Of a DNA stretch of 64,000 nt, positions 43,281 through 57,511 are shown piece by piece (the stretch's first letter is position 1; each line of letters opens with the position of its first letter). The DNA is from Octopus vulgaris (Eukaryota). Both the position numbers and the translations under genes were made by a program. Below the pieces are notes generated by a model that had not been told where the DNA came from, searched no databases, and saw only the letters and a list, made by a program, of their open reading frames with translations. The stretch covers positions 164,238,001 to 164,302,000 of the forward strand of contig OX597815.1 in NCBI GenBank assembly GCA_951406725.2. Direction: 5' to 3'.

Positions 43281-43333
43281 ATATCCGTATAGCATCACCA
43301 AGGGAGTTTATCGTCTCCATCTCTTCGTGATAT

Positions 43334-43376
43334 TTATAGACCTAGGTTTCTGGATTGTGTCCCGTCTTCGGTGCGA
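43334..43376 (-). ncRNA. Decayed type I hammerhead related to family B
   Basis: UCGCA CCGAAGA cgggacacaaucca GAAA CCUAGG UC UAUAA; flanking gtgattatc...tatcacg and tccctt are shared with family B. Confidence 0.55.
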
Positions 43377-44569
43377 GATAATCACAAGACAGTGATAGCG
43401 GGGATGGGGGGCTTACTCGACTTGCGCATACTCGAAAATTTGTTAATACATTACATTGCACTTGCTGACAAACACACCCGGAATCTATTGAACAGCATGT
43501 ACACTCCAGACTATCCGAATAACATTTTACAAATCCACATCACGAAAAACGGTATACCAAGACAATCTAACATTTCGAAGAAAGGTACGTCTTGGTGGAA
43601 CATAATGACGCAATAAACCTCCAGATTATAGAAATATACTTCATTAGGGTGTAGAACTGCAATGTTTGAGCTGGACACAAGGAGAATACAGATTTATTAT
43701 TTCTGAATAATAGATGTGTCTGAATAACTAATATACCATTTTATCGATGAAAACACAAACATCTCGCCTAATGAAGAGAATTTCCAACACCAAAGCGCTC
43801 CAACATTAACTATTATCACAAGATTACACTCACACACACACACACACACATACACACACACACACGCACACATGCACACACACACATACACATACACACA
43901 CACACACTAACACACACTCGCTCACGCACGCACAGTTACACACGCACGCACACATACACATGTACGTATATATGAAGATCGTTATAAATCAACTGTCGCT
44001 TTGAAATCCACGTATGTGATTATCGGGAATTTAGGACACGATTGTACTTCTTACGGTTAATAAGTGATCGATCAAAAGTGATTCTTCCTAAGTCTACACT
44101 GCTGACCGCCTGCCAAATCTCTTAAATAATCATCAATACTAATGAGGGAAATATTGGAAAATGATATCGAACACTGTGCAACTCCATTAATTTCAATCCT
44201 TCTTGTCCCACATTTTAGGCAACTTAACAACTTCACTGAAACAAACAATACATCACTCATTTCTTGTGTGGTGTATTTCCAGAATTCCGCGAAATCGTTT
44301 TATTAATGCTGAAACTAGAACTTGTATAAAAACATCGTAATTTTTCACAAATTCTACCATCTCATTGGTTGAATATGTAGCTTGTAACCTACTTCATTAA
44401 ATCATGTTTCCTTGTCAAGTTCGTTAATTATTTTCTTTCTTTTACATGCAAACATACTGTAATTTACATAGTATTATTTCCATGTCATGTAAGATAGCAG
44501 GGACCGAGCCAAAGGCAGAGAAAAACAGTCAGCAATGAAACCTCAACGTGGTTGTTTAGCCTACTTAAA

Positions 44570-45258
44570 TATGCGGTGCGTTCAAAATACATAACTTTTG
44601 GGCATGAAAAACAAATAATTTTGTATATTTCACAGATTTTATTTAATCGTCTTCAAAATACTCCATTTGGGAGTTCACACACTTCCCTCAAAGGTTCTGC
44701 CACTGCTCTTGTAACACCTCTGCAACGCCTTCTCTAGAATGATAAGGAACCCCCGCATACACAAATCCTCCGTTAAAATGGAATGTGGTTATTTCCACTT
44801 AGTGAGTAATTTCCTAGATTGTTAGACGATGGTCTTCCATGACTATTCGCCAAACCTTCTCAATCGGCTCTTCCTTTCGACTTGTAGAGGTGCGGCCATG
44901 TTTGGAGCAGTTGTACCACTCCTTGATCTGAGTTTTGCCCGTGGAATCGTCACTAAAGGCTTGCTGAATCTTCAGGGTTATTGGAGTTTGAGTATCAGCA
45001 AGCTTTTAGCATAACTTGATGCACTATCTCTGCCCGATGCATTCGGCCATCTTGCGTGAAAACGTAAATCAGTAGAGTGTGCATTATATGTTTGTACTCT
45101 AGGCGTAATAAGCGGGAACTCGCGCGGTTTACCGCCGCGAAAATTTTTATACATGCGCAGGAAAGACGGCGTCACCTCTTATGCAAAGAACGTTGTTCCC
45201 GCGGCATTAATTTTGGTGGGAAATTATAAAGTCGGTTATTATTTGAAGGTACCTTGTA
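44570..45258 (-). mobile_element. Internally deleted mariner element
   Basis: Minus strand N-terminus MAECIGQR*CIKLC*KLADTQ...IQQAFSDD..KTQIKEWYN joined to C-terminus QWQNL*GKCVNSQMEYFED; degenerate terminal inverted repeats. Confidence 0.7.
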
Positions 45259-45875
45259 TATCAACAGAATCTTCATGGTCTTTTAGAAAATGCAACATTC
45301 TTAACAAAAGAAGTATATATGTATCTGATAATGGGGACCTAGGCTTTCTAACCTAATAATAGGAAATGAATTATGACGGCTGGCACGCGTTTGATCCTTG
45401 GTCGGTTTAATCATGGTTTATCTGGATTAAACTGCACAGCTCTGAGGGAATTGAATCATGAGTGTTAATAGTTTTAACACATATTAAAATTGCTCTGGAA
45501 TTACGCCATTGAATATTACAGTTGCTTGGATATCGCATTGAGGAGAGGCTTACCTTCCTACTAGAAATAGAAACCAAATTTTATTCAAAGCCTACCTAAC
45601 ATCTTGAGTCAGTTTGTCAACATCGTGGAATACTTCCATTTTTAGGAATGGTTTAAACATTCTTGCCGTTTATACAATAATCAATAATATTTTTCAGTTT
45701 TCAAGGTTACAGAATGAACAGAAGTTTTGTAACGTAAAATAGACGTGTGATCAGTTAGAAAGACAACAAGGTTAAAGCTGAGAATAATTGAAGGAGAGAA
45801 CGCTGTTTTAATTTTTATAACTTCTATGCGTTTGCGATGATTCGGAGGGATTATTATTACTGGCACGCATAACAG

Positions 45876-46820
45876 TCATTGAAACCAAGGACTTGTATAC
45901 TGAAATTTTGTCAAGATCCTATTCGGCTGTTTTCCTGTACGTTTGGGCTTGATATCCTTTCGTAACTGCCTCAGAAACTTGGCATAGTACTCTCCATTGA
46001 TAGTGAAGTACTTTTGAAGATAGCCAATAAGCACAATGCCTTTTGCATCCCCCAAAACTGAGGCCACCAACTTCCCTGCAGATGAAACGACCTTGGCCTA
46101 GTTTAGGTGTTTCCATTGCATGGATTGTCTCTTTGTCTCTGGCTCAAATGGATGAAGCCAACACTCATCCTTGCTTAGGATATGTTCGAGGAAACCAGCT
46201 GGATCTCCCTCAAACAATGTCAGATTTTGCTGTGATATAATCAGCCTTGTGCACTTTTGACCAGGTACCAGAAGAAGTGGTATCCACTGAGCAAAGACCT
46301 TCGTAATGCCAAGTTCATTGTGCAGAATATTCTCAACTCTCTCACGGGATATGCTAACAGCATTGGCTATTTGATTTATAGTCAATAGCCATTCACCCAT
46401 GACCATGTGGCGAACACAGTCAATGTTTTCTTTGGTGGTGTAACTTGCAGGACATCCAGACATTAGGTCATCTTCAAAACTCTCTCTTCCCCTCCCAAAT
46501 TTTGCTGCCCACTTTTACTCTACTGATAAATCTGGAACGTCATCCCCTACTGTAGTAACCATGTCAGCATGAATATCCTTGGGAGATAAACCCTTTTTCT
46601 GCAGATATTTGATAACTCCATGATGCTACGTTTTGTAGATTTTCCCCGAGGAGACGCTACCAGTAACTTTTGAAGCCTTCTTTGAACAGTCAGATATCGG
46701 TTGACCTTGAAAGAAACAGTGCAGTTATTAATAAAATGAGTTGAAATTAATGCATGCAAGATTTCACAACACTAGCGTCATTCCTTCATAGTCAACGTTT
46801 TAGCCCATTCCCGTGCGTGT
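45876..46820 (-). mobile_element. Mariner transposase pseudogene fragment
   Basis: ENILHNELGITKVFAQWIP (WVP-like), DECWLHPFEPETKRQSMQW, ASVLGDAKGIVLIGYLQK..TINGEYYA. Confidence 0.85.
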
Positions 46821-46832
46821 AATATATACGTG

Positions 46833-46868
<36 letters not shown>

Positions 46869-46979
46869 TATATATATTATATATATGTATATGTATATGC
46901 ATAAAGATATATATATTTATATTTGTGTGTGTATGCATGCATGTAGGTACGTATGAAGCTTCCGTACATTCACACATAT

Positions 46980-47073
<94 letters not shown>

Positions 47074-47500
47074 CGAAGTTGAATGTACAATGGAAAGTTG
47101 AATTCGGTTCTCCATCTTCGTTTATCACATAATTTATTAACAGTCGGAAAGTATATAGCAATATCATATAATATTCAATAGAAAATACTGGAAAACCCAA
47201 AATCTTTGTATAGGCGTCAAAATCGCAAACAATAGTCGATGACATCTGATGAAATTTATACGTCAGCACGACTCTTTCAATCCATTTTCAATGACAAAGA
47301 ACGCACTCATAAAATTAAGTATAGAATCGGATTAAATTCTCTAGCAAAACATAATTATTAATCTAAATGTAACATATGTTAATAGAGAATTGATTTAATA
47401 AAGTTTATTACATATGAGAACTCAAGAATGCTCTTAATTAGTATGTGGTGGAAGGGTTAATAGCAGATAAATCAATTAGCTAAGAATTAATGAGAAAAAT

Positions 47501-47558
<58 letters not shown>

Positions 47559-47683
47559 TAACACACACATATAACGTGTTTGTGTGTGTGAGTGTGCCTA
47601 TGTAAGTATATATACGTACATATATACGTGTATATATATATATATATATATTCATATATACATATATACGTGTATATATATAC

Positions 47684-47753
<70 letters not shown>

Positions 47754-47869
47754 GGGGTGCTTATTTATCTGTGTGTGTGCATATATATATATATATATAT
47801 ATGTATAAACACATACACGTACACAAACACACACACACACACACACACTTACGCGCACGTGCATACACA

Positions 47870-48845
47870 TATGAGTGTGAGTTTTTGTATATTCCAGTTG
47901 TAAAAGTCCACGGTGACCCTCTTTTCTTGGCAAGTAAAGTCGGTCTATATCTGCCATAGAGTAGTGCATGCTATGCATTGTCAACAGTTTTTGCATTTTT
48001 CTGTCAAGATTACATATTTCAGTAATTAAGTTACTAACATTTATTGAGTGAGAGAGCAGTGCATGCCATCAAAGTGACACTGGGGTAAAATATACGACTT
48101 CCAGTATACCCATCATAACTACCCGTCTGATAAGTGTACACTAGGCACACGCATCACAACCATAAGTGTGCGACATAGTGATATCATATCAAGATAAACA
48201 GCGCATGACATTGCAGGTGGAGCCCAGTTAGAATTTTCTTCAGGTCGAGTAATTCATTCCGCTCAAAAGGTCCCCGAATAAAGGTTGTTTAAGGACGTTG
48301 AACAAAACACCTATGTTTCCAAAGGTGAATTATTCAAACCCCAAAGAATTCCTCTCAACACATGGCTATGATGCACCCCCACTACTTCTGCTCATGATCA
48401 GAGATGACATATCGTCAACCACAAAGTGATATGCTCAACTGGTTAAGGCCAAACAACTAAACAAGCAAATCTGTGGTATTGAGCAAAATATTTGCTGTAG
48501 AACATCTTTTATACCAACTCAAAACAAGGTACATGATAACACTTCCAATCAGTTAAGATCAGAAGACATATTATTATTATTATTCACAGTATTAAATGTG
48601 TTTTACGTAGGTGCCGAGTAGTGCTATTTTCTGTGTTATATATACCTGGTGCTTTTGTTATGCATTTGTCTGAATGTTTTTTTTTGTTGTTGTTTTTTAC
48701 CATACCTAATGCACTTACTATAATAGGAATTGTTTCTTTTTCTAGATTCCACATTCGACTTTTTCCAGGTCTTTGTAATTTGAAAGTTTTTCCGTTTCTT
48801 TTAGAGAAACATTTTCAGTTGTTGGTATTGACACATCGATTAGAA
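47870..48845 (-). mobile_element. R4/Dong-type LINE fragments flanking a non-coding element
   Basis: [30 protein letters not shown] (47870-48030) and a KYKDL...W.L...PIIVSALG-like segment (48590-48845). Confidence 0.65.
48046..48569 (-). mobile_element. About 530-bp non-coding retroposon-like element (same family as 56812-57361)
   Basis: Reverse-complement match to 56840-57361. Confidence 0.75.
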
Positions 48846-48986
48846 AGCATTATTATTGTTGTTGTTGTTGTTGTTGCTATCCATCTCACAAGAGATGTAT
48901 GTGTGTGTGCATGTGTTCGAGATATGTTTTTATGTCCACTTTCTAAGGCTAGAAGGAATTGCTTCAAGAGTGACGTGTACATGTGC

Positions 48987-49029
<43 letters not shown>

Positions 49030-49069
49030 CAAAAATCAAAGTTGATCAAGCTCCTTTATCATGGGAATA

Positions 49070-50450
49070 CAAAATACATTTTTAAAATCCATCGAAACAG
49101 GAGAAACAATCTTTAAAATTAACTCGGAAGACAGTTGTTCTCTTCCTAACCGTGACAACAGTTGTTCGACGTAAACTAGCATTTCTGAAATTTTCGGGCG
49201 CTGCACAATCGCGTGGAGAACGGTTTCCCTGTCCTGCTCGGATATTGGACACATGGGTGAACAAGAAGCACCATGCTTCGTGAGTTTATCTCGAACTTGC
49301 AAGGCTCCCAGTAACATTGCCAAGCCAGAGATCTTTTGAAGTTATCCCAAAGGTCCTGGCCTGAAAGTCCTTCGGAACAGGCCAGATGACTCTCGTCGGG
49401 GCCCAGGGTCTTCCCCAGGTCGTCGTTATACTTATCCTCTACCAACCTTCTATAGAATGACGAGGTGGAATCTCCGCTGCTGGCGTTACCCGTGCGAGAG
49501 AGAAGCGAGAGTGCCTTGCAGCACTCCGCTTACCAGTCTCCCAACTAAGGTCTACGCTTGATCCACGGTTCTAGTTCACTGAAACTAGTAAACCTAGGAA
49601 GTAGCGATTTGACGAACGGAAGCCACACCTGTTCACCATCCAGGCAGAGCCACAGATGCCTCAGCCTCAGCGCATTTCTGCGCATCAACAGCCAAGGCAT
49701 CCCTAGCCAACTCTTTAGCGGGTGTTGGCAGCAGACAGAGCACCTTACAAGAGGACCGCTACCCTTCTACAAGAAGCGAAAGAGCAGACGTTCCAACTTG
49801 CTTAGCCACGAATCGGAGTTAATGTGGCCTGGGCAGTGACCGCAATGACTCTTGGCGTGGAGGAGAGAATTTCAATCTTCCAAGCAACTAGGATGCCAGC
49901 GTAGAACTGGCTGGGGCAGGGGTTCGACGTGATTGTTCAGGCTGCTCCAGAGTATTTAGATATTATGATTGACACCATTCTGGTAGGCGGAAAAAGATTG
50001 AGGATCGTGGTGGAGGACAGACCTCGTTGCTTTAAGCGTACCCAGAAGGCCCACATAAAGGCTGATTGCACTTCACCCCCTGTGAAAGTTACGGAGACCA
50101 TAACGAAGGAGAGCGTGCAGCCACCTGCCATGGCAGCAAAGCGAATAGCAGAATGCTATGAGGAGCCTTGTAAGTAGGTTGAAAATGAAAAAGAATGGAC
50201 AGCGGCAGCATGAAAGAGGAAGAACAAAAGAAGGACTAATAACAGCGACAATGAATCCCACCCCGCATTTAACCCACCCCAACCTAGTACCTCCTTTCCC
50301 CCTCCCTATCCTTCCAAACACCACTACCCACCCTACCCCTCCTGGCATTGACCCCAATGCTAATCCTACAGTAACACAAACATTCATCCAGGAGCCACAA
50401 ACCCCCAGTCTCCACGCAGTGGATATGATTTTTAATAAAAGATACTCATA
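49070..50450. mobile_element. Tx1/L1-like LINE fragments in divergent orientation
   Basis: Minus 49070-49850 reads LAWQCY../GALQVRDKL.KHG..CP...ETVLHAIVQ (zf-RVT-like ORF2 end). Plus 49860-50450 reads ILVGGKRLRIVVEDRPRCFK..QKAHIKADC (ORF1 zinc-knuckle-like). Confidence 0.6.
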
Positions 50451-50734
50451 GAAAGGAATTGACCAGAGGGATAAAGGAAGTTGTAATATTTTTTTTTTAT
50501 ATAAAAGTGACTAAAACGAAAACGAAAAACAAGAACGAAATTTGAAATTCAGAATTAATTGTAAAGCGTAAGTTGTTTTGATATAAGAGACTATTGCTGG
50601 TTTTAAAAAAAGGGAAGGAATTGGTAAGGAGGTGTTAGTAATGCGGTCGCCAGGGATGAGGGATCTCTGGAGGCCGCCAATCTTCACCACCATAAATTTC
50701 TTTTAAAAGAAGAAAAAAGGAAAAACAAGAAGTA

Positions 50735-50904
50735 GGCGCAGGAGTGGCTGTGTGGTAAGTGCTTACGAACCACATGGTTCCCTGTTCAGTCCCACTGCGT
50801 GGCACCTTGGGCAAGTGTCTTCTACTATAGCCTCGGGCCGATCAAAGCCTTGTGAGTGAATTTGGTAGACGGAAACTAAAAGAAGCCCGTCGTATATATG
50901 TATG

Positions 50905-50951
<47 letters not shown>

Positions 50952-51160
50952 TGTGTCTGTGTTTGTCCCCCAACATCGTTTGACAACCGATGCTGGTGTG
51001 TTTGCGTCCCCGTAACTAAGCGGTTCGGCAAAAGAGACCAATAGAATAAGTACTAGGCTTACAAAAAATAAGTCCTGGTGTTGATTTGCTCGACTAAAGG
51101 CGGTGCTCCAGCATGGTCACAGTCAAATGACTGAAACAAGTAAATGAGTAAAAGAGTAAA
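50735..51160 (+). mobile_element. tRNA-derived SINE, family 2 (nearly complete)
   Basis: ggcgcaggagtggctgtgtggtaag...gttcagtcccactgcgtggcaccttgggcaagtgtc...(TG)n...cagtcaaatgactgaaac plus agtaaa tail repeats. Confidence 0.85.
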
Positions 51161-51665
51161 AGATTAATGACAAATTTTGAAATTCAGAACAAAACGTAAA
51201 AGGTTCAATGAGATCGCTCGAAGTGTGGGATTCGAGCGGCCGTCATTCCATTATTCATTCTTCACTTTCATCTGCTCATTCGCTTTTGTTTTTACTCCTC
51301 ACATAAGTGTCTTGTCTGTCCTTGCGTTAGGCCTTTATGGCAGGTGTAAAATAAACTATCTTTAATTATCAGCAGTCCAACTGTCTTATATGGTCAACCA
51401 GGTTTAACCCGAAATTTGAGTCCTCATTTTATTTTATTTTTTACAAATATTTAAAATTTTGTTTTCTTTCGCACAAATGTTTTACTTCACAACTTTTTTC
51501 ACTTCACAAAGCCTTTCTATATCCTTGAGAACTTTTTTAAAAATACTATAACATTTAAAAATAAAGTATATATATATAACATTATTCAGTATGACTTCAA
51601 GTTCTGTAAGTAGGAGATATTTTAAGCTTTCTCAATTTTTAAACTATTTTAATTGATTTATTTGT

Positions 51666-51749
51666 ACCTCTAATGAGAGAAATGAGACTATTTGTTTCGG
51701 CTGGAAAACTCGCCCGGTACAAACGTATTCCTCGAAACGATCGTAAGGT
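51666..51749 (+). ncRNA. Type I hammerhead with extended stem II (G5A, probably inactive)
   Basis: acct CTAATGA gag..tttgt..acaaa..ctc GAAA cgatcg TA aggt. Confidence 0.55.
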
Positions 51750-51947
51750 TTTCGTAATGCAGCATTTCTTTGGATTGTAATACTGGATCGCTTGAAACCC
51801 AACATCTCAATTGATTTTTATGTACTTTGTATTCCCATGATAAAGGAACTTGAACTACGAAAATCTGTCTTTGTTATATTTTGCTCATATTGAGCACTAA
51901 TTAGGTGCGCTACAACAAAGGTTTTCCTTTGTCTTATTATTCTATAT

Positions 51948-51997
<50 letters not shown>

Positions 51998-52063
51998 AAT
52001 AAAATGATACAACAAAGCCAAGGCAGTGTGAAATTTCTAGGACATTTATAAAGAGAAAGGTAG

Positions 52064-52109
52064 TCTTACAGCTGTTTCATGGATATGAAGGTTATCCCAT
52101 CATCAGAGA
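52064..52109 (-). ncRNA. Minimal type I hammerhead (PLE pLTR type), canonical core
   Basis: UCU CUGAUGA ugggaua-accuuca-uauccau GAAA CAGCUG UA AGA; followed about 70 nt later on the minus strand by (CA)n. Confidence 0.75.
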
Positions 52110-52379
52110 GTATACGAGAGATTTAAATAGAGGGAAATAGTAGAATTCAATATAAGAAGTTATTTTGGAATGGAAGATATAGGAAGTATAAAGGGAAATA
52201 AGACAATAAAAATTAAAATATATATTGGATGTTACTGTTACAGTCCCATTATCCAAGGAAAATGCTGTGAAGAATGGGTAGAAAGACTTCTTGTGCATGG
52301 TATGTAAATTCCGATAGGATTTCACATTTTGTTATTTCAAATGGATAGTGTTGAGACATTAACTCCATGTGCTGTTCAT

Positions 52380-52444
<65 letters not shown>

Positions 52445-52961
52445 ATATGTATATATGTGTGTGTGTTGGTAGATGAGAGAGAGAGAGAGAAAGGTCATTT
52501 GTGTAGTCTCTTAACAGTGCTATTGATAACATAGAATCCAGTACAGCCTGTTGCATGGTCGGGTCGTAATCGACTAAACCAACACCTCCACCAGGGATGA
52601 GAAGGGCGAGAAGATTTGCTCGAAACCCAGCAGAACTAAAAACAAGACTTAACAAAGGGACGGATGAACCCAGTGTATGTTCAAGGACTATCTAGCAATA
52701 GAACGGGCGCACAGAAATTCCGAGTTGGTGTCTGGCATCCTGGAAGAGCCCTGGGAGTGAGGCACTCCTCAGTTTTTATTAAAGCATGTCTGAAGGAGGC
52801 CACTGATGTATAAACCAGATATGCTAGCAATGGTATTAGAGATTTCGGGGATCTTTTGCTTGCGCTTGAGATCATATCGCTCTCACATTTCTGAGCCCCC
52901 AACAAATACTGAAAATGGTGTGACCAGCTTTGGCCGTTTCTTGGTGTTATTAATCTCTTCT

Positions 52962-53357
52962 GGTGAGCTGGCAGAAACGCTAGCACACCGGGCGAAATGC
53001 TTAGCGGTATTTCGTCTGCCGTTACGTTCTGAGTTCAAATTCCGCCGAGGTCGACTTTGCCTTTCATCTTTTTGAGGTCGATTAAATAAGTACCAGTTAC
53101 GCACTGGGGTCGATATAATTGACTTAATCCGTTTGTGTGTCCTTGTTTGTCCTCTCTGTGTTTAGCCCCTTGTGGTTAGTAAAGAAATAGGTATTTCGTC
53201 TGTCGTTACGTTCTGAAATCAAATTTCGCCGAGGTCGACTTTGCCTTTCATCCTTTCGGGATCGATAAATTAAGTACCAGTTGCGTACTGGAGTCGATGT
53301 AATCGACTGGTCCTCTCCCCAAAAATTTCGGGCCTTGTACCTAGAGTAGAAAAGAAT
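52962..53357 (+). mobile_element. Family 1 SINE, dimeric
   Basis: A full head ggtgagctggcagaaacgctagc... followed by a second partial unit. Confidence 0.85.
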
Positions 53358-54064
53358 ACAGCCATGCGTTACCGAAAAAAAGATTTTCTTTTCCTTCGCT
53401 CTGTTGATCGAAAAATGTTACCCTGGTATTTCCTCAACATATCTGAGAATAGATTCAATACCAGGACCAAACAAATTTACTAACGAACTTCCACTCTGAA
53501 ATATTCCCGTCGACACCTGACATAATCCTGTTTATTACTTCAGTTGTCGCTTAAATTCCTGGTGACAGCTGTGTAGACGGTATCCACTGCAGGAGAGTCA
53601 TTTCCGTGGGTGATGAATGAGTGAATGTGGGGGGGGGGGGTGTAATCTTGTGATAATGGTTAATGTTGTAGCTCAAATGTATCGAGGGGTATAAGACAAA
53701 GACAGTTGCACAGCGTGAGAGGCTGGAGCAGGTAGACAACAGTTAAAAAGGTGGTGGGCAAATACGCCGAAAAAAAGGAAAGAAATAGGTGGCTAACATT
53801 TTGGAGGACCCTTTTCCCACTTTAGGGAAAGAAAGAAAAAGTGAAAAGCCTGTTTAAAGCACATCTGTACAAGCTGTAGAATATACGTCTCTGTGTGCAT
53901 GTTTATGTGCGTGCATGCGTATGTATGTGCATATATAGATAGATGCTCAAGAACACAACACACAGCGCAGTCCCGGAATCGAATTCACCACCTCATGATT
54001 GTGAGCCCAACGATCTAACCACAGAGCCATACGCCTTTACGTTATACATATATATGTATATATA

Positions 54065-54102
<38 letters not shown>

Positions 54103-54184
54103 TATATATACATATATATGTGTATATATATACACATAAATATATATATATATACATACATATACACTTACACACATACCCACA

Positions 54185-54225
<41 letters not shown>

Positions 54226-54243
54226 TAGTGCGTGTGTAGTATG

Positions 54244-54275
<32 letters not shown>

Positions 54276-55907
54276 CACACATACACACACAGATATATAC
54301 ATATATACGCATACATGTGTATGTATATCTCTGTATGTATATATCATACGATATATATTCTTAATTACACGCAAGCACACACACACACACACACATACAT
54401 ACATATACCCACAAATACTAATTAATTTTACGAAGTTCATTGACGTACAAAGTCTAGTCACATCAAGTTAGATTACCACGTGACTTGTAATTGTAATGGT
54501 TGAATTATGGAATAATCTGTATTCACTGACGTCAGTCTCAATGTTGGAACCGCACTCTTTCTCTCTTTCTCTCTCGATAACGTAAAGCATTTTCCTTCTT
54601 ATCGGATTTTCACAATGGAAAAATATTGCCATTGTGCGATTGCGTCAGACTAAGTAATCAGGAGTCCCCCAGCACTGTTTTAATCGTCGCTCTGACTAGA
54701 CGAATACACTGTCGGTGTTTAACCTTTGTGTCATCTAAACATTTGTCGTTCTTCCACACCGATGTTGACATCTACATTGTCGTTGTAATAGTCGTCGTCG
54801 TCGTCGTCGGAGTTGTCGTCGTCATCATCATCATCATCATCAACATCTGCATCATTATCATTCTCATCATTATCACCTCCGTCATCGTCATCATCATCAT
54901 TATCGCCGCCATTACCATCACCATCATCATCATCATAATTATCACTATAATAATAATAATAATAATGATGCAGTACCAGGCAATGGCTTTGTTTGTCCTC
55001 TCTGTGTTTAGCCCCTTGTGGTTAGTAAAGAAATAGGTATTTCGTCTGTCGTTACGTTCTGAAATCAAATTTCGCCGAGGTCGACTTTGCCTTTCATCCT
55101 TTCGGGATCGATAAATTAAGTACCAGTTGCGTACTGGAGTCGATGTAATCGACTGGTCCTCTCCCAAAAATTTCGGGCCTTGTACCTAGAGTAGAAAAGA
55201 ATACAGCCATGCGTTACCGAAAAAAAGATTTTCTTTTCCTTCGCTCTGTTGATCGAAAAATGTTACCCTGGTATTTCCTCAACATATCTGAGAATAGATT
55301 CAATACCAGGACCAAACAAATTTACTAACGAACTTCCACTCTGAAATATTCCCGTCGACACCTGACATAATCCTGTTTATTACTTCAGTTGTCGCTTAAA
55401 TTCCTGGTGACAGCTGTGTAGACGGTATCCACTGCAGGAGAGTCATTTCCGTGGGTGATGAATGAGTGAATGTGGGGGGGGGGGGTGTAATCTTGTGATA
55501 ATGGTTAATGTTGTAGCTCAAATGTATCGAGGGGTATAAGACAAAGACAGTTGCACAGCGTGAGAGGCTGGAGCAGGTAGACAACAGTTAAAAAGGTGGT
55601 GGGCAAATACGCCGAAAAAAAGGAAAGAAATAGGTGGCTAACATTTTGGAGGACCCTTTTCCCACTTTAGGGAAAGAAAGAAAAAGTGAAAAGCCTGTTT
55701 AAAGCACATCTGTACAAGCTGTAGAATATACGTCTCTGTGTGCATGTTTATGTGCGTGCATGCGTATGTATGTGCATATATAGATAGATGCTCAAGAACA
55801 CAACACAGCGCAGTCCCGGAATCGAATTCACCACCTCATGATTGTGAGCCCAACGATCTAACCACAGAGCCATACGCCTTTACGTTATACATATATATGT
55901 ATATATA

Positions 55908-55945
<38 letters not shown>

Positions 55946-56027
55946 TATATATACATATATATGTGTATATATATACACATAAATATATATATATATACAT
56001 ACATATACACTTACACACATACCCACA

Positions 56028-56066
<39 letters not shown>

Positions 56067-56831
56067 TAGTGCGTGTGTAGTATGCATATATATATATGTA
56101 TATATACACACACATACACACACATACACACACAGATATATACATATATACGCATACATGTGTATGTATATCTCTGTATGTATATATCATACGATATATA
56201 TTCTTAATTACACGCAAGCACACACACACACACACACATACATACATATACCCACAAATACTAATTAATTTTACGAAGTTCATTGACGTACAAAGTCTAG
56301 TCACATCAAGTTAGATTACCACGTGACTTGTAATTGTAATGGTTGAATTATGGAATAATCTGTATTCACTGACGTCAGTCTCAATGTTGGAACCGCACTC
56401 TTTCTCTCTTTCTCTCTCGATAACGTAAAGCATTTTCCTTCTTATCGGATTTTCACAATGGAAAAATATTGCCATTGTGCGATTGCGTCAGACTAAGTAA
56501 TCAGGAGTCCCCCAGCACTGTTTTAATCGTCGCTCTGACTAGACGAATACACTGTCGGTGTTTAACCTTTGTGTCATCTAAACATTTGTCGTTCTTCCAC
56601 ACCGATGTTGACATCTACATTGTCGTTGTAATAGTCGTCGTCGTCGTCGTCGGAGTTGTCGTCGTCATCATCATCATCATCATCAACATCTGCATCATTA
56701 TCATTCTCATCATTATCACCTCCGTCATCGTCATCATCATCATTATCGCCGCCATTACCATCACCATCATCATCATCATAATTATCACTATAATAATAAT
56801 AATAATAATGATGCAGTACCAGGCAATGGCT
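53143..56831. repeat. About 1.85-kb near-identical tandem duplication (53143-54988, 54989-56831)
   Basis: Same ORFs at offsets 1843-1845; junction ...caggcaatggct|ttgtttgtcctc. Confidence 0.9.
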
Positions 56832-57375
56832 CTCGTGGCTTCTGATCTTAACTGATTGGAAGTGTTATCATGTACATTGTTTTGTCTTGGTATAAAAGAT
56901 GGGCTACAGCAAATATTCTGCTCAATACCACAGATTTGCTTGTCAGTTGTTTGACCTTAACCAGTTGAGCATGTTCCTTAGTGGCTGACGATATGTGCAT
57001 CTCTGATCACGAGCAGAAGTAGTGGGGGAGCATCATAGCCATGTGTTGAGAAGGATTCTTTGGGGTTTGAATAATTCACCTCTGGAAACATGGCTGTTTC
57101 GTTCAACGTCATTAAACAACCCTTATTCAGGGACCTTTTGAGCGGAATGGGTTACTCGATCTGAAGAAAATTCTAACTGGGCTCCACCTGCAAGGTCATG
57201 TGCTGTTTATCTTGATATGAGATCACCATGTCGCGCACATATGGTTGTGATGCATGTGCCTGGTGTACCCTTATCAGACGGGTAGTCATGATGGGTATAC
57301 TGGGCTTCGTATATTTTACCCCAGTGTCACTTTGATGGCATGCTCTGCTCGCTCACTCAATAATAATAATAATAA

Positions 57376-57406
<31 letters not shown>

Positions 57407-57461
57407 AAGAAGAAGAAGAAGAAGAAGAAGAAGAAGAAGAAGAAGAAGAAGAAGAATGATG

Positions 57462-57511
<50 letters not shown>

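Noticed and set aside
51118-51140. SINE tail cagtc-aaat-gactg-aaac resembling hammerhead stem II plus GAAAC
   Set aside because: No upstream core or stem I; more likely a LINE-type 3' stem-loop.
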